Shown: positions 1-10,264, counted from the stretch's first letter. The stretch: 64,000 nucleotides of DNA from Candidatus Marinacidobacterales bacterium (GCA_965224085.1 CBDCYI010000004.1:512001-576000), one strand, 5' to 3'. Translations and numbers: made by a program. Notes: a model not told the origin generated them from the sequence alone.

Positions 1-1
1 C

Positions 2-640
2 GGCGCCAACGGTCGCCACGTACTTACAGTCGGGATGACCGGCCGCCAACATCGCCGCCGTGTTCTTTTTCCAGCGCCGGTGCATGATGCGATGCAGCTT
101 GCCCGGCGGGCTGAAAGTGGAGTTCGCACCATACGGAGAGGACCCCGACACCTGGATGTCGGTGTTGGCGTACGACTCGTTGTCGTACATCAAGATCAGC
201 AAGTTGTAATGGGTGTGCTGGAGTGCGGCCGAAATGGCCGAGAGCCCCATGTCGGCGCCACCGCCATCGCCGCAAAAGGAGATGACGTTGATCGGCTCCT
301 GCTCCATCTTACCCTTGCGCATCATTGCCCTCAGACCGGCGACCGTGCCGGTGGCAGCGGAGCCCGCCGATCCGAGCTGTGTGTGCATCCAGGGCACCAC
401 CCACGGCGTGGAGTAATACGTGGTGTTGGCGACGTACATGCAGCCGGTGGCGCCGAGGATGATCGAGCGCGGGCCGGCCGCCTTGGCCATGAGCTTCATG
501 AGCAGCGCCGACTCGCACCCTTGACAGGTGCGGTGACCCGAGGTGAAATACTCCTCGCGGGCGACTTTCTTGATGCCCTTCCAAGGTTCAAGGACCTGCG
601 TTGAAACGAACTCGTCGAAAGCTACAGTATTTTCTGGCAT
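2..640 (-). CDS. 2-oxoacid:ferredoxin oxidoreductase beta (TPP-binding) subunit, oxalate-oxidoreductase-like; runs off the window start
   Basis: Manual translation from ATG 640: MPENTV...GHRTCQGC...GATGCMYVANT...CGDGGGADMG...YDNESYANT, i.e. Fe-S cysteines plus the GDG..N TPP motif; resembles Moorella OorB as recalled. Confidence 0.9.
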   Translation of the reverse strand, partial: MPENTVAFDEFVSTQVLEPWKGIKKVAREEYFTSGHRTCQGCESALLMKLMAKAAGPRSIILGATGCMYVANTTYYSTPWVVPWMHTQLGSAGSAATGTVAGLRAMMRKGKMEQEPINVISFCGDGGGADMGLSAISAALQHTHYNLLILMYDNESYANTDIQVSGSSPYGANSTFSPPGKLHRIMHRRWKKNTAAMLAAGHPDCKYVATVGA

Positions 641-645
641 GATGG

Positions 646-1902
646 CTACTCCCTCACTCCTATCCAGTGAGTATCTTGATCATCAATGTCACCGCCGCTG
701 GCGGCGTCGAACACGTTGCTGGCTATATCGATGACGTTGTCGGTGCTTACTTCACGTCCGCCCAGACCGGCGATGAATGAAATAATCCCGGGCCGGTTCG
801 CCGCTGGATAGAGGGCGGCGCGCAGCTCGTTGGCCAGCACGCCGCTGAAGAAGCTGGAGCCGAAACCGTAGTCGCGATCGATCACACCGACGGCTTGCAC
901 CCCCGACAGCGCGTCCTGCAGCTCGATGGTGGGGAACGGGCGGAACCATCGGACTCGGACAAAGCCGACCTTTTTGCCTTGCGCGCGCATCTTGCGGACA
1001 GCGACTTTCACCGGCATCGCCAGCGTCCCCATTCCGACAAGGGCGACCTCGGCGTCCTCCATCATGTAGCGCTCGATGAAGGGCTCGCCGCCGCGCCCGA
1101 ACTGGGCGTTGAAATCGTCGTACGCCTCGATAATGACGTCCCGGGCACGGCGCGCCGCCATGTCGTTTTGCCGGCGGACCTCCATCACCCAATCCTCGTT
1201 CGCCTGGGGGGCGATGGTGATCGGGTTGTCCGGATGCAACTGCTTTTCTGCCCGGTCATAGGGCGGCAGGAAACTGTTGACCATGTCCTGGCTGGGCACG
1301 TTGACGATCGCCTGCGAGTGGGTGAGAAACGCACCGTCGCAGCTGATCGCGCAGGGAAGGAAAACGCGCTTGTCTTCGGCCACACGGTAGGCGATCAGTG
1401 CCGTGTCCAACGCCTCCTGCGCCGTAGCCACCCAGCAGAGCATCCAGCCGAGGTCGCGCACCGTGAGCGCATCGTTGTGCTCGACCCCAAAGGCACCAGG
1501 ATCGTCGAGCGCTCGGTTGCCGACCATGGCAATCATCGGCAGGCGCAACCCGGCGGTGACTGCCAACGCCTCGTAGGCGTAGAGCCAACCGACGCCACTG
1601 GAGCCACAGAAAACCCGGGCCCCCACCGCCGAAGCGTGCTTGACGATCTCAAACTGCGAGTGCTCGCTCTCCGCAACGATGTATTCGCAGTCGAAGTCTC
1701 CGTTGGCGATCAGTTGCGATACGTATTGCATGACTGTGTCGTACGGCCGGATCGGGTAAGCCGTGATCACGTCGACGTCGGCGAGCCGGACCGCATGCGC
1801 GATCGCTTCGCTGCCACTGATCAGCTCCTCTGAACCACGCCCCGGAACGAGCGAGGCTGCGATATCTGCCTTCTTCGCGGTAGCTGCATTAGGTGGGCTC
1901 AT
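646..1902 (-). CDS. 2-oxoacid:ferredoxin oxidoreductase alpha subunit (YPIRP type, OOR-like)
   Basis: AHAVRLADVDVITAYPIRPY, AESEHS, NRALDDPGAFGVEH, RWFRPFP, GLGGRE. Confidence 0.92.
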   Translation of the reverse strand: MSPPNAATAKKADIAASLVPGRGSEELISGSEAIAHAVRLADVDVITAYPIRPYDTVMQYVSQLIANGDFDCEYIVAESEHSQFEIVKHASAVGARVFCGSSGVGWLYAYEALAVTAGLRLPMIAMVGNRALDDPGAFGVEHNDALTVRDLGWMLCWVATAQEALDTALIAYRVAEDKRVFLPCAISCDGAFLTHSQAIVNVPSQDMVNSFLPPYDRAEKQLHPDNPITIAPQANEDWVMEVRRQNDMAARRARDVIIEAYDDFNAQFGRGGEPFIERYMMEDAEVALVGMGTLAMPVKVAVRKMRAQGKKVGFVRVRWFRPFPTIELQDALSGVQAVGVIDRDYGFGSSFFSGVLANELRAALYPAANRPGIISFIAGLGGREVSTDNVIDIASNVFDAASGGDIDDQDTHWIGVRE

Positions 1903-3016
1903 CGGCTATCTCCTCGGCGTACTGGCCTACGTGGTGAAACCCGTGGCTACGGGGGGGCGGCTCCGAAATTTTTTTGGACAACCACCCAGAGTAGCTTTCC
2001 TTGTCCTTGGTCCACATTTCCCACTGGCTGTCGTTGTCTGTGAAGGCTTCCTCGTTGACCATGGTGATGCAATGGCTTACCGGGCAAACGTCCTCGCACA
2101 CGCCGCAACCACAGCAAGCTTCCATGTTGGCGTCGTAGAAGCCGTCGGGCGAGATGTCGAAGCAAGAGTCCGGACATTGCAGCCAACAGACTTTGCACTG
2201 GGTACAGGTTTCGAAGTTAACCACCGGCCGCATGGTGCGCGTCGAGAACTTCTTGAAGGTCGGGTTGCGGGTGGGAACGTAGCCGCCATCCCAGCCGGGG
2301 ACCTCTTGCTGCCCGGCGATGCCGCGAATCACCAGCCCCTCTTCCATCGTCTTCCAGCCTGGCATTTCGAACTCGTACGGGATCTCGTCGTTGCCCTGAT
2401 CGGCGCCAACCGACAGCGACTCGACCCGATCATAGGCCTTCTTCGCAGAAGCCGCCTTCAGGGGATCGCTGATCGTCGCCACGATGGAGTCCAGGCTCAC
2501 GAGGTGGGGGGCGACCTTGGCCAGCGCCCCAAGTAAGCGCATATCGGTGTGATCGTCCTTGTACACCCACAGCCCTGAGAAACTAGCGATGCCTTTGATG
2601 ATGGCGAGATTGTAAGGCTTGGTGCGGTGGATGTTGTTGATCAGCTTATTGTGTGAGTGGATCGAGGGGACCAAAACCGTGCCGCCCTCCCGGAGCAGCT
2701 TGTTGATCGGTTGCAGGCCATACCAGGCCCAGGACTCGACGCCCTTGCACAGGGTGTCGTCGCAGGCAATGGTCACGTCATTGTTGTTGGGCTCGTACCG
2801 CGAGAGGTGCTCTTCCATCTCCTCTTCGGTGTCAGCAACGACGGCGAACTGCTTGGCGGGGATCCCATTACGTTCCGGCGAGTCACTGTAGCGCCCGAAC
2901 GCGATACCGATCTTGCCTTCTTTTTTGGCGGCAAAGACAATGCTGCGGCAGATGTTTTTGGCTAAAGTCTTCTGAAAAATGCCGCGGTATACGACTTCCA
3001 CGGATCCGGTGCTCAT
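1889..3016 (-). CDS. OFOR gamma domain fused to 2x[4Fe-4S] ferredoxin (OorD-like delta subunit)
   Basis: ATG 3016 with GGAGG RBS; C-terminal CTQCKVCWLQCP and CCGCGVCEDVCP; overlaps the alpha gene start. Confidence 0.88.
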   Translation of the reverse strand: MSTGSVEVVYRGIFQKTLAKNICRSIVFAAKKEGKIGIAFGRYSDSPERNGIPAKQFAVVADTEEEMEEHLSRYEPNNNDVTIACDDTLCKGVESWAWYGLQPINKLLREGGTVLVPSIHSHNKLINNIHRTKPYNLAIIKGIASFSGLWVYKDDHTDMRLLGALAKVAPHLVSLDSIVATISDPLKAASAKKAYDRVESLSVGADQGNDEIPYEFEMPGWKTMEEGLVIRGIAGQQEVPGWDGGYVPTRNPTFKKFSTRTMRPVVNFETCTQCKVCWLQCPDSCFDISPDGFYDANMEACCGCGVCEDVCPVSHCITMVNEEAFTDNDSQWEMWTKDKESYSGWLSKKISEPPPRSHGFHHVGQYAEEIADEPT

Positions 3017-3190
3017 AGCTCGTACCTCCTCGCCGTCTAAGAAGAAGGCCAAACAGTATCAAATCCCAGCCGTTTCTGGCAACCTAGAAGCGCCCTGCGC
3101 ACACGAGCCCACAGAAAAGAAGGGCCTAACGCCTATTTCTGCGCAAAAGCTACCGAACATACCGTGACACAGTCGGTAAAACGGCAACGT

Positions 3191-3202
3191 CGACAATTGT
3201 CG
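3191..3202. promoter_or_regulatory. Perfect palindrome CGACAATTGTCG upstream of the OFOR operon; possible operator
   Basis: 12-bp perfect inverted repeat, nested within a GTGACAC...GTGTCAC inverted pair in the intergenic region. Confidence 0.4.
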
Positions 3203-3560
3203 GTTACGATGGTGTCACTTACCTCGGGCTTGCGTAAGGGGTAAAGAGCAAATTGTCACGACTGTCCAGGTCCGCTGAACAGCCGCGCCACGGTCGATAT
3301 TCTCTATTCACATGGCTCTCGTAAATGCCAACCGTAGTCCTACACCGCAATGCAGAAGTCTTGTCAACTTTCACACATGCCGACACCTTGCCAGCCAACG
3401 TCGAATCGCAACTCATAGCCGGCGCAAGTGCGCGCCCCGAGCCTACCCGGGATGACTTGTGGAAGGATAGATCGGATAGGTATATTAAGCGGGATTTAAA
3501 GATGGTCGTGGTGGCGTGCAGTTTCGGCAGGCGAACTGAACTCGCTACTAGGAGAAAACC

Positions 3561-3770
3561 ATGAGTGACGTAATTTCGTACCCTATCAACTTCGACACCA
3601 AAGGAATCACCGGCCGTGATGGTTACATCGTTGCCGAAGCCCTCTATTATGCCACCAAGTGGATTGACGAGATGCCAGACAACGTGCGGCCATCATCCGA
3701 CGAGCGCGACATCTTACGCATCTTGAATGCCGCCTTTCCGGATTGGGAAGATGTTTTCGGGCCCGCCTAG
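3561..3770 (+). CDS. Small hypothetical protein (69 aa)
   Basis: AGGAG RBS before ATG; globular-looking sequence MSDVISYPINFDTKG... Confidence 0.6.
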   Translation: MSDVISYPINFDTKGITGRDGYIVAEALYYATKWIDEMPDNVRPSSDERDILRILNAAFPDWEDVFGPA

Positions 3771-3837
3771 ACAACCTGCAAATTGTCCACAACATCGGTG
3801 CACCAAATTTGTGCCGCGGCACGATGTCTTGATTGAA

Positions 3838-3850
3838 AATCAACGACTTA
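3838..3850 (+). promoter_or_regulatory. IHF-binding consensus site
   Basis: AATCAACGACTTA matches WATCAANNNNTTR exactly. Confidence 0.5.
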
Positions 3851-4159
3851 CGCCACGCTTGCAGAACCCCATAAGCTCCACCTGCAGGGTATAGCTCCCT
3901 CCTTGGATCCCCAAGAGGGAGATTTGCGTGAGAACGGCTCCGTCACGCACCTGGCCTACGGCGGTCTCACGCTCGAGAAGCAACTCCTCATTCCGATTCG
4001 AAGGTGTCCAGCTTCACCCTACAGCGGAAGCGGTCTTTACCATCGGCGACAACGTCGAGGTTCTGACTCAGCTGGAGTGAGCGGACGGCGCCCATCGTCT
4101 CCGGATCGAGCTCCTTTCCGATGGAACGTTCCTGCTCGCTCGAACGTGTCACGGGTCGG

Positions 4160-4470
4160 ACGACGAGGGTCGTGGAGAGAACACGCGAGATCGGTATCCG
4201 CATGGCGATCGGCGGCGCGCCGCGGGACATCGCGCGCGGCGAAGTGTCGCGCAACATGCGGCCCGTTCTCGTCGGGCTCGCGAGCGGACTCGTCGCGTCG
4301 TTCTTCGTGACGCGTTTGGCCTCGAGCTTTCTCTTGGCGTGAGCCCGTGGGACGGCGTGAGCTTCTTGTCAGCGCTCGGGCTATTGCTCATCGCCGCGCT
4401 CGTCGCAAGCTACGTCCCTGCAACGCGGGCCGCCGCGCTGGACCCGGTGCAAGCGCTCCGCCGGGATTGA
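4160..4470 (+). pseudogene. C-terminal fragment of FtsX/MacB-type ABC permease, frameshifted
   Basis: RTREIGIRMAIGG...then frameshift near 4337 into VSPWDG...ASYVPATRAAALDPVQALRRD. Confidence 0.8.
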
Positions 4471-4658
4471 TGATGGATGCGCGGTCTACGGCGTAAAGTC
4501 GGTTGGATGAAAGACCGAGCCCGTCGCCAGCAATGCCTCGCCGGAAGGCGTTCAGAACCGACGCGTCGTCATCAAAACGAAAGCTGACGGCTCATGAAGT
4601 TGGGGAGCGCCGGACGGAAGGTTCGATAAAGTCCTCGTGCTCGTTTACACTTCCGTCC

Positions 4659-5762
4659 ATGATTACTGCCCGCGCCGATGTCATAGGCAGCTTGCTTCGC
4701 CCTCGTGAGCTTCTAAAAGCTCGGGAAGCCCGGGCCGCAGGCCAACTGTCTCAGATCGAGTTCAAAAAGATCGAAGATCGCGCTGTGGACGGGGCGGTAG
4801 CCCTTCAAGAGGGGCTCGGCCTCGAAGTCGTGACGGACGGTGAGATGCGCAGGAGCTCCTTCCAAAGCCAGATGACCGACGCCGTGTCGGGTTTCGCCGA
4901 GCATGGTCTGGACGCCTTTCTCTGGGGAAAGTGGCGGAGTAACGAGCTCGAAGAATGGAACGTCGAGAGGCCGGAGCTTGCCGTCATCAGAAAGCTCGAG
5001 CGTCGCCGTTCTCTCTCAGCGGAAGAGCTCGTCTATCTCAGCGCCCGTGCCAAGGCGACCCCGAAGATCACGCTGCCGAGCCCAACCCTCTTCATCAACT
5101 TCTGGTCGCCCGAAAGGTCGCGCCACGTCTACCCGACCCTTGACGCCTACTTGGCCGATGTCGTCGAAGTGTTACGCGAAGAAGTGGCGGAGCTCTCGCG
5201 CCTGGGCGCCACCTACATTCAACTGGACGCTCCGCACTACACCTCCCTGCTAAACGCCACGAACCGCGAATTCTACGAGGGCCACGGATGGACCATCGAG
5301 GGCTGGCTCGATCGTGGGATCGAGCTCGAGAATGCGGTGATGGAAGGCCTTCCGGAGTTGACCTTTGGCTTTCACCTCTGACGAGGCAACCAAAACAGCC
5401 GGTGGCTGTCCGAAGGAGACTACGAGCCGATCGCCCGAGCGTTGTTCTCGAGAATCCAGGCCGACCGACTTATTCTCGAATACGACGACGAGCGCTCGGG
5501 CTCTTTCGCACCTCTTGGCCACGTCAACGAGAAAGCCATCGTCGTTCTGGGATTGGTGGGGACCAAGACGCCTGCCACTCCTTCCACGGACGCGCTCGAA
5601 AGACGGATTCGAGAAGCCAGCAAAGTGTTACCCAAAGAGCGGCTCGCCGTTTCGACGCAATGCGGTTTCTCGACCTCGATCGTGGGAAATCGTATCTCCA
5701 TCGCTGACCAGGAAGCCAAGCTGCGCCGAGTCGTGGAAACGGCAAAAAGTATCTGGGGGTGA
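4659..5762 (+). CDS. Cobalamin-independent methionine synthase II family protein (single MetE C-terminal domain, YxjH-like) with in-frame UGA at codon 241; probable selenocysteine
   Basis: DVIGSLLRP, VTDGEMRR, KITLPSP, YIQLDAP, FHL-[TGA 5379-5381]-RGN, LEYDDERSG, LGLVGTK, STQCGF, all in one frame; 367 aa. Confidence 0.9.
5379..5433 (+). promoter_or_regulatory. Putative bacterial SECIS element
   Basis: UGA, then 19 nt to the apical loop; stem ACAGCC(5395-5400)/GGCTGT(5404-5409) with GGU loop; possible lower stem CGAGGC/GCCGATCG. Confidence 0.65.
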
Positions 5763-5781
5763 CGTCGTCCCCCGAAAACCC

Positions 5782-6291
5782 TCACTCGAGCTCGAGGGGC
5801 TCGCTTTGGGAGGCGGGCGCGGGCACGATGTCTGGATGGCCGTCGATGATGCGGGCGCAAGTGTTCCAGCGCAGCACTGCATCATCTTTGCCCTCGGGGC
5901 TGAGTTTCTGCGCTTTCTCGTAGTGATCCATCGCCTCACCGAGTCCCTCATAGGCGAGGTGCCCGCAGCCCGGAATCCCTTTGTCATACTGGGACTTCGC
6001 GCGGCGCTCCGCGATGAGACCAGCGTAATATTCTTTCTCGTAGTCGCTCGTAAGCGACTTGGCTAGCTCGCGCGATTCACGGACTCGCTGCCCGAGCCCG
6101 CGTGCAAATTGGTCGGTGAGCGCAAGAAGAAGCGTTGCTGTGGCTAGCTGGTGGCCCGGGTCTACTTCGAGCACGTCTCGGCAAATGCTCTCTGCTTCCA
6201 AAGGCTCGTTCAACGCGCGATACCAAACCGCTTTCTCGAGTGCCGAGTCGATGGCGTTTTCGGAAATCGACTTGAGCTCGAATTTCTTCAA
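5782..6291 (-). CDS. TPR-like hypothetical protein, last gene of the frd operon
   Basis: Helical repeats (AESICRDVLEVDPGHQLA, AMDHYEKAQKLSP); TTG start overlaps the frdD stop. Confidence 0.75.
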   Translation of the reverse strand: MKKFELKSISENAIDSALEKAVWYRALNEPLEAESICRDVLEVDPGHQLATATLLLALTDQFARGLGQRVRESRELAKSLTSDYEKEYYAGLIAERRAKSQYDKGIPGCGHLAYEGLGEAMDHYEKAQKLSPEGKDDAVLRWNTCARIIDGHPDIVPAPASQSEPLELE

Positions 6292-6638
6292 GAGAAATTC
6301 CAGAGAAAAAACGCTGCCGCGACGGTTCCGGTGAGAGCACTGCCGTAACAGACAAGGACGATCGGAACGTGCAAGTGCTTCAACTTCAATCCGTCATACA
6401 GAGTGTAGCGGAAGCGATGCGCCCCGTGGAACAAGGGGAGCGAGATCAGAACGAAGAGATATAGCCGCGCTAAAGGATGGCTTAACAAGCTCACTACAGA
6501 ATCGTAACCCGGAATGTCGATCCATCCCAACGGGATGAGGAGCCCGGTTACGAGCACGTGTAGAGGGAAAAGTAGCGCGGCAACCGTGCCTCCGGCACTG
6601 AAGAGTAACCAAAGAAGGGGTGTCATTTTCTTTAGCAT
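6288..6638 (-). CDS. frdD: Fumarate reductase membrane anchor subunit D
   Basis: WLLFSAGG, LPLFHGAHR; three TM helices; operon position. Confidence 0.88.
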   Translation of the reverse strand: MLKKMTPLLWLLFSAGGTVAALLFPLHVLVTGLLIPLGWIDIPGYDSVVSLLSHPLARLYLFVLISLPLFHGAHRFRYTLYDGLKLKHLHVPIVLVCYGSALTGTVAAAFFLWNFS

Positions 6639-6640
6639 GG

Positions 6641-7057
6641 CTACCTTACGAGCCAGAACCACGCCACGACGGCGGAGACAACGAGCCAACCGATATAGTT
6701 CGACACGATGATCAAGAGATCGGGAACGCGTTTCCCCGAGAGACGAACTTCCATCGCCTTGGGGGCCAGATGAAACCACGTCTGCGCGTGAAACAAGACG
6801 GCGACGAAGATCAGAACGTTGAGTGCTACGGCGAGAGGAGACGACATCCACGTCTCGAAACGGGCGTAAGCTTCGGGCCCGTTCGCGAGAGAGCGGACCT
6901 GCCACAAAGTCAAGAGAGAGAAAATCGCGACGGGCACGCTCGTCAGCTCGCGCAGAACGAACTTCATGTAGCGCCAGCGCGAAAGCCACCACCAGACAGA
7001 CACGGAACGCCGATACCATTTCGGGTGATACAGCGTGTAGCGCGCCTCACTCGTCAT
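6641..7057 (-). CDS. frdC: Fumarate reductase membrane anchor subunit C
   Basis: WWW...[26 protein letters not shown]. Confidence 0.9.
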   Translation of the reverse strand: MTSEARYTLYHPKWYRRSVSVWWWLSRWRYMKFVLRELTSVPVAIFSLLTLWQVRSLANGPEAYARFETWMSSPLAVALNVLIFVAVLFHAQTWFHLAPKAMEVRLSGKRVPDLLIIVSNYIGWLVVSAVVAWFWLVR

Positions 7058-7794
7058 TTCGAGGCCCAGGGGAGAATGGTCTTGAACCAATTCGCCGCTC
7101 CCGTCAGTTTGTAGCGCTGTATCGCGCCGGCGGGGTCGACATCCTTGGGGCAGACTTCCGAGCATTCGCCGACGAACGTACACTGCCACATGCCATCATC
7201 CTGCGATAGAATCGAAAGACGCTCCGAAGCGCCTTCGTCGCGCGAGTCCATGTTGTAGCGCTGGGCGAGGGCGGTAGCCGCCGGGCCGATGAAGCTCGGC
7301 TCGAGCCCGATCACCGGACAGGCGGAATAGCACAGAAGACAGTTGATACACATGCTGTAGCGCTTATAGGCGTCGAGCTCGTCTGGGCTCTGCCGGTACT
7401 CTCCTTCAGAGAGAGGTTTTTCCTCTTCGCGGACGATCCACGGTTTCACTTTCTTGAGCTTCGTCATGAACGACGTGATGTCCACCACGAGGTCGCGGAC
7501 CACCGGGAAGTAGCGCAGGGGCTCGATCCGAACCGGGCCGGGCGCGTACTGACTCAGAAACGCCGCGCACGTGAGCGTGGGCTCGCCGTTCACCATCATC
7601 CCGCAGCTGCCGCACACGCCCATCCGGCACGACCACCGGTGCGAGAGCGAGCCATCGAGCGTATCTTTGATGTAGTTGATCGCATCGAGGATGGCCCAAT
7701 CGTCGCGGAGCGGTACCTGGTAGTCCTGGACAGTGGGCTCCGATTCCTGCTCCGGCCGATAGCGGCTGACGCTTACGGTGATGGTATCGGCCAT
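7054..7794 (-). CDS. frdB: Fumarate reductase iron-sulfur subunit
   Basis: [35 protein letters not shown]. Confidence 0.95.
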   Translation of the reverse strand: MADTITVSVSRYRPEQESEPTVQDYQVPLRDDWAILDAINYIKDTLDGSLSHRWSCRMGVCGSCGMMVNGEPTLTCAAFLSQYAPGPVRIEPLRYFPVVRDLVVDITSFMTKLKKVKPWIVREEEKPLSEGEYRQSPDELDAYKRYSMCINCLLCYSACPVIGLEPSFIGPAATALAQRYNMDSRDEGASERLSILSQDDGMWQCTFVGECSEVCPKDVDPAGAIQRYKLTGAANWFKTILPWASK

Positions 7795-7800
7795 GCTCAC

Positions 7801-9546
7801 CTACTTTCCATAGACCCGTTTGCCGGGCGGCCAGCGAGTTATACTGACCGGCGCGTATTCGATTCGGGGCGCGTTCGATTCTGTTCGGTACACGAGCGAG
7901 TGTTGCAGGAACTTGTCGTCGTCCCGCTCCGGGAAATCTGTTCTCTGGTGAGACCCCCGGGACTCGTGGCGCGCCTTGGCGGAATGGATGATGGCTTCGG
8001 CGGCATCCATCATGTAGCCGAGCTCGAGCGCAGCGGTGAGCTCGGTGTTGAACGTGCGGCTATCGTCATCGAGAGCGATGTTATCGAGTCTCTCGCGAAG
8101 CTTCGCTAACTGCTCCGCACCTCGCTCCAGCTCCTTCCCGTTGCGGTAGATGCCGACGCACTTCTCCATGGTCGTCTGCATTTCTTCGCGAACGGTAGCG
8201 ATGCGCTCCGTGCCACCAAGCTTTTCGAGAAAATCTTTCTCGAGGCGCCTCTGCTCGTCTCGGGCCTGAGCGGAAATAGCAGAGCTTCCATTGCCTTCTA
8301 CCTCGAGCGCGAACTTGGCGGCGGCATCACCCGCTCGTGCGCCGAACACGAGGAGCTCAGTAAGCGAGTTGGAGCCGAGGCGATTCGCGCCGTTGATGCT
8401 GACACATGCGGCCTCGCCCGCCGAGTAGAGTCCGGCAAGCGGCGTGGCGCCGTTTAAATCCGTATGAACGCCTCCCATGATGTAGTGCACCACGGGGCGC
8501 ACGGGGATCATTTCGTGAACGGGATCGATGTTCACGTATTTGCGACAAAGCTCACGGACAAAGGGGATGCTCTTGTCGATCTTCGCTTCGCCGAGATGAC
8601 GGATGTCTAGATGGACGAAGTTGCCATACGGGCCTTCGAAGGTTCGGCCTTTGTCCTGCTCCTTCACGAACGCTTGGGAGAGCCGGTCCCTCGGACCTAG
8701 CTCCATCGAGCGCAGAACCGGGTGGGGCTCAGGTTTGCCTAGATCATAGTCCTGCAGGTAACGGTAGCCGTCTTTATTCAAGAGCCAGCCGCCTTCGGCG
8801 CGCGAGGCTTCGGTTATCAAGATGCCGGTGAATGGGAGTCCGGTCGGGTGGTATTGCACGAACTCCATGTCTTTGAGAGGCGCGCCGGCGCGGTAGGCGA
8901 GCGACATACCATCGCCGTTCTTGATGTTGGCGTTGGTGGTGAACTGGAATACTTTCCCACAGCCGCCGGTGCACAGCAGCACCGACTTGGCCAAGATCGT
9001 GACGATCCTACCGGTAGCGAGCTCGATGGCGACCACGCCGCGACAGCGACCCTCGTCCACCAGTAGCCGGGTCACGAAATACTCGTCGTAGCGTTCTATC
9101 GGATCGTGTTTGAGGGTCGTTTGAAAAAGCGCGTGGAGCATATGGAAGCCGGTCTTGTCGGCGGCGAACCACGTGCGTTTGGTCTTCATCCCTCCGAACG
9201 GGCGGACGGCAACGGAGCCATCAGGAAGCCGACTCCACGGGCAACCCCAGTGCTCGAGCTGCAACATTTCACGGGGCGCCTCGTTAACGAAGAGTTCGAC
9301 GGCGTCTTGGTCGCAAAGCCAGTCCGCTCCCGAAATCGTGTCATAGGCGTGATCGTCGAGACTGTCGTCGTCTTTGATGACGGCGGCCGCGCCACCTTCC
9401 GCAGAAACGGTGTGACTGCGCATTGGGTAGACCTTGGAGGCCACGGCGAGACTGAGCTTGGGGTTGGTTTCCGCGACGGCGATGGCCGCGCGCAAACCAG
9501 CGCCGCCACCCCCGACGATGAGCACATCGTGGGAGAAAACGTCCAT
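7801..9546 (-). CDS. frdA: Fumarate reductase flavoprotein subunit
   Basis: [17 protein letters not shown] (covalent FAD His), [21 protein letters not shown]. Confidence 0.95.
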   Translation of the reverse strand: MDVFSHDVLIVGGGGAGLRAAIAVAETNPKLSLAVASKVYPMRSHTVSAEGGAAAVIKDDDSLDDHAYDTISGADWLCDQDAVELFVNEAPREMLQLEHWGCPWSRLPDGSVAVRPFGGMKTKRTWFAADKTGFHMLHALFQTTLKHDPIERYDEYFVTRLLVDEGRCRGVVAIELATGRIVTILAKSVLLCTGGCGKVFQFTTNANIKNGDGMSLAYRAGAPLKDMEFVQYHPTGLPFTGILITEASRAEGGWLLNKDGYRYLQDYDLGKPEPHPVLRSMELGPRDRLSQAFVKEQDKGRTFEGPYGNFVHLDIRHLGEAKIDKSIPFVRELCRKYVNIDPVHEMIPVRPVVHYIMGGVHTDLNGATPLAGLYSAGEAACVSINGANRLGSNSLTELLVFGARAGDAAAKFALEVEGNGSSAISAQARDEQRRLEKDFLEKLGGTERIATVREEMQTTMEKCVGIYRNGKELERGAEQLAKLRERLDNIALDDDSRTFNTELTAALELGYMMDAAEAIIHSAKARHESRGSHQRTDFPERDDDKFLQHSLVYRTESNAPRIEYAPVSITRWPPGKRVYGK

Positions 9547-9556
9547 CAGGGTCGAA

Positions 9557-9586
9557 AGGGTATGACGCGAGGTCGAATGGTGTCAA
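9557..9586 (-). promoter_or_regulatory. sigma70-type promoter of frdA
   Basis: TTGACA-18 nt-TACCCT on the minus strand, 10 nt before the ATG. Confidence 0.5.
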
Positions 9587-9658
9587 CCTTTTATGTCGGA
9601 ACGGCTTGGAAGCGCCACACCTGAAAGGGTATGTACTATGGGCGATCGGAGCAACAGG

Positions 9659-9685
9659 TGAACCGATCGCAGGTGGGCGGCGTCT
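9659..9685 (+). promoter_or_regulatory. ECF-type (autoregulatory) promoter
   Basis: TGAACC-16 nt-CGTCT immediately upstream of the ECF sigma gene. Confidence 0.55.
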
Positions 9686-9703
9686 TGTGAGTAGAGAAGC
9701 CAG

Positions 9704-10264
9704 ATGGATGAATGGGCCTCGTGCTATGAAACCGGCGTGATGCTCGACGACGACCTGGAACAGGCGTTCGACGACGGGCTCGAAAACTCCTCCCATCTGG
9801 CCTTCCGGGTGGCTTACAGCGTGCTGCGGAATCGCGAGGATGCTGAGGAAGTAGCGCAGGAAGCCATGCTCAAGGCCCACCGCAAACTGCGATCACTCCG
9901 GCACCCGGATCGACTCCGTGCTTGGTTGGTGCGGATCGCCTGGCGCGTCGCCATCGATCGAAAGCGTTCGGACCGCCGCCGACAGCGACGCGAGCAAGCA
10001 GAGCCCGTCGCTGCCGAGGAGCCGAACCCGGAGGAGGTGGCCGCCCAGGTCGAGCTGCGCGCACACCTCTGGCAAGCCATCGACGAGCTGCCCGAGATCC
10101 ATCGAAAAACCTTGATTCTTGCGGCTATCGAAGGCCACGACTTGCAAACCGTCGCTCGGCTTCTGAACTTGCCACCGGGCACGGTGAAGTCACGACTTCA
10201 CAAGGCACGAAAGGGACTATTGGAGAAATTGAAATGGATTGCCGACGGATACAACCGGCGCTGA
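9704..10264 (+). CDS. ECF RNA polymerase sigma factor
   Basis: DAEEVAQEA, AWLVRIA, IDELPE, VARLLNLPPGTVKSRLHKAR. Confidence 0.93.
   Translation: MDEWASCYETGVMLDDDLEQAFDDGLENSSHLAFRVAYSVLRNREDAEEVAQEAMLKAHRKLRSLRHPDRLRAWLVRIAWRVAIDRKRSDRRRQRREQAEPVAAEEPNPEEVAAQVELRAHLWQAIDELPEIHRKTLILAAIEGHDLQTVARLLNLPPGTVKSRLHKARKGLLEKLKWIADGYNRR

Noticed and set aside
3895-4150. Structured RNA in the hairpins near 3895-3950
   Set aside because: The region also reads as degenerate coding fragments and no RNA family motif was recognised.
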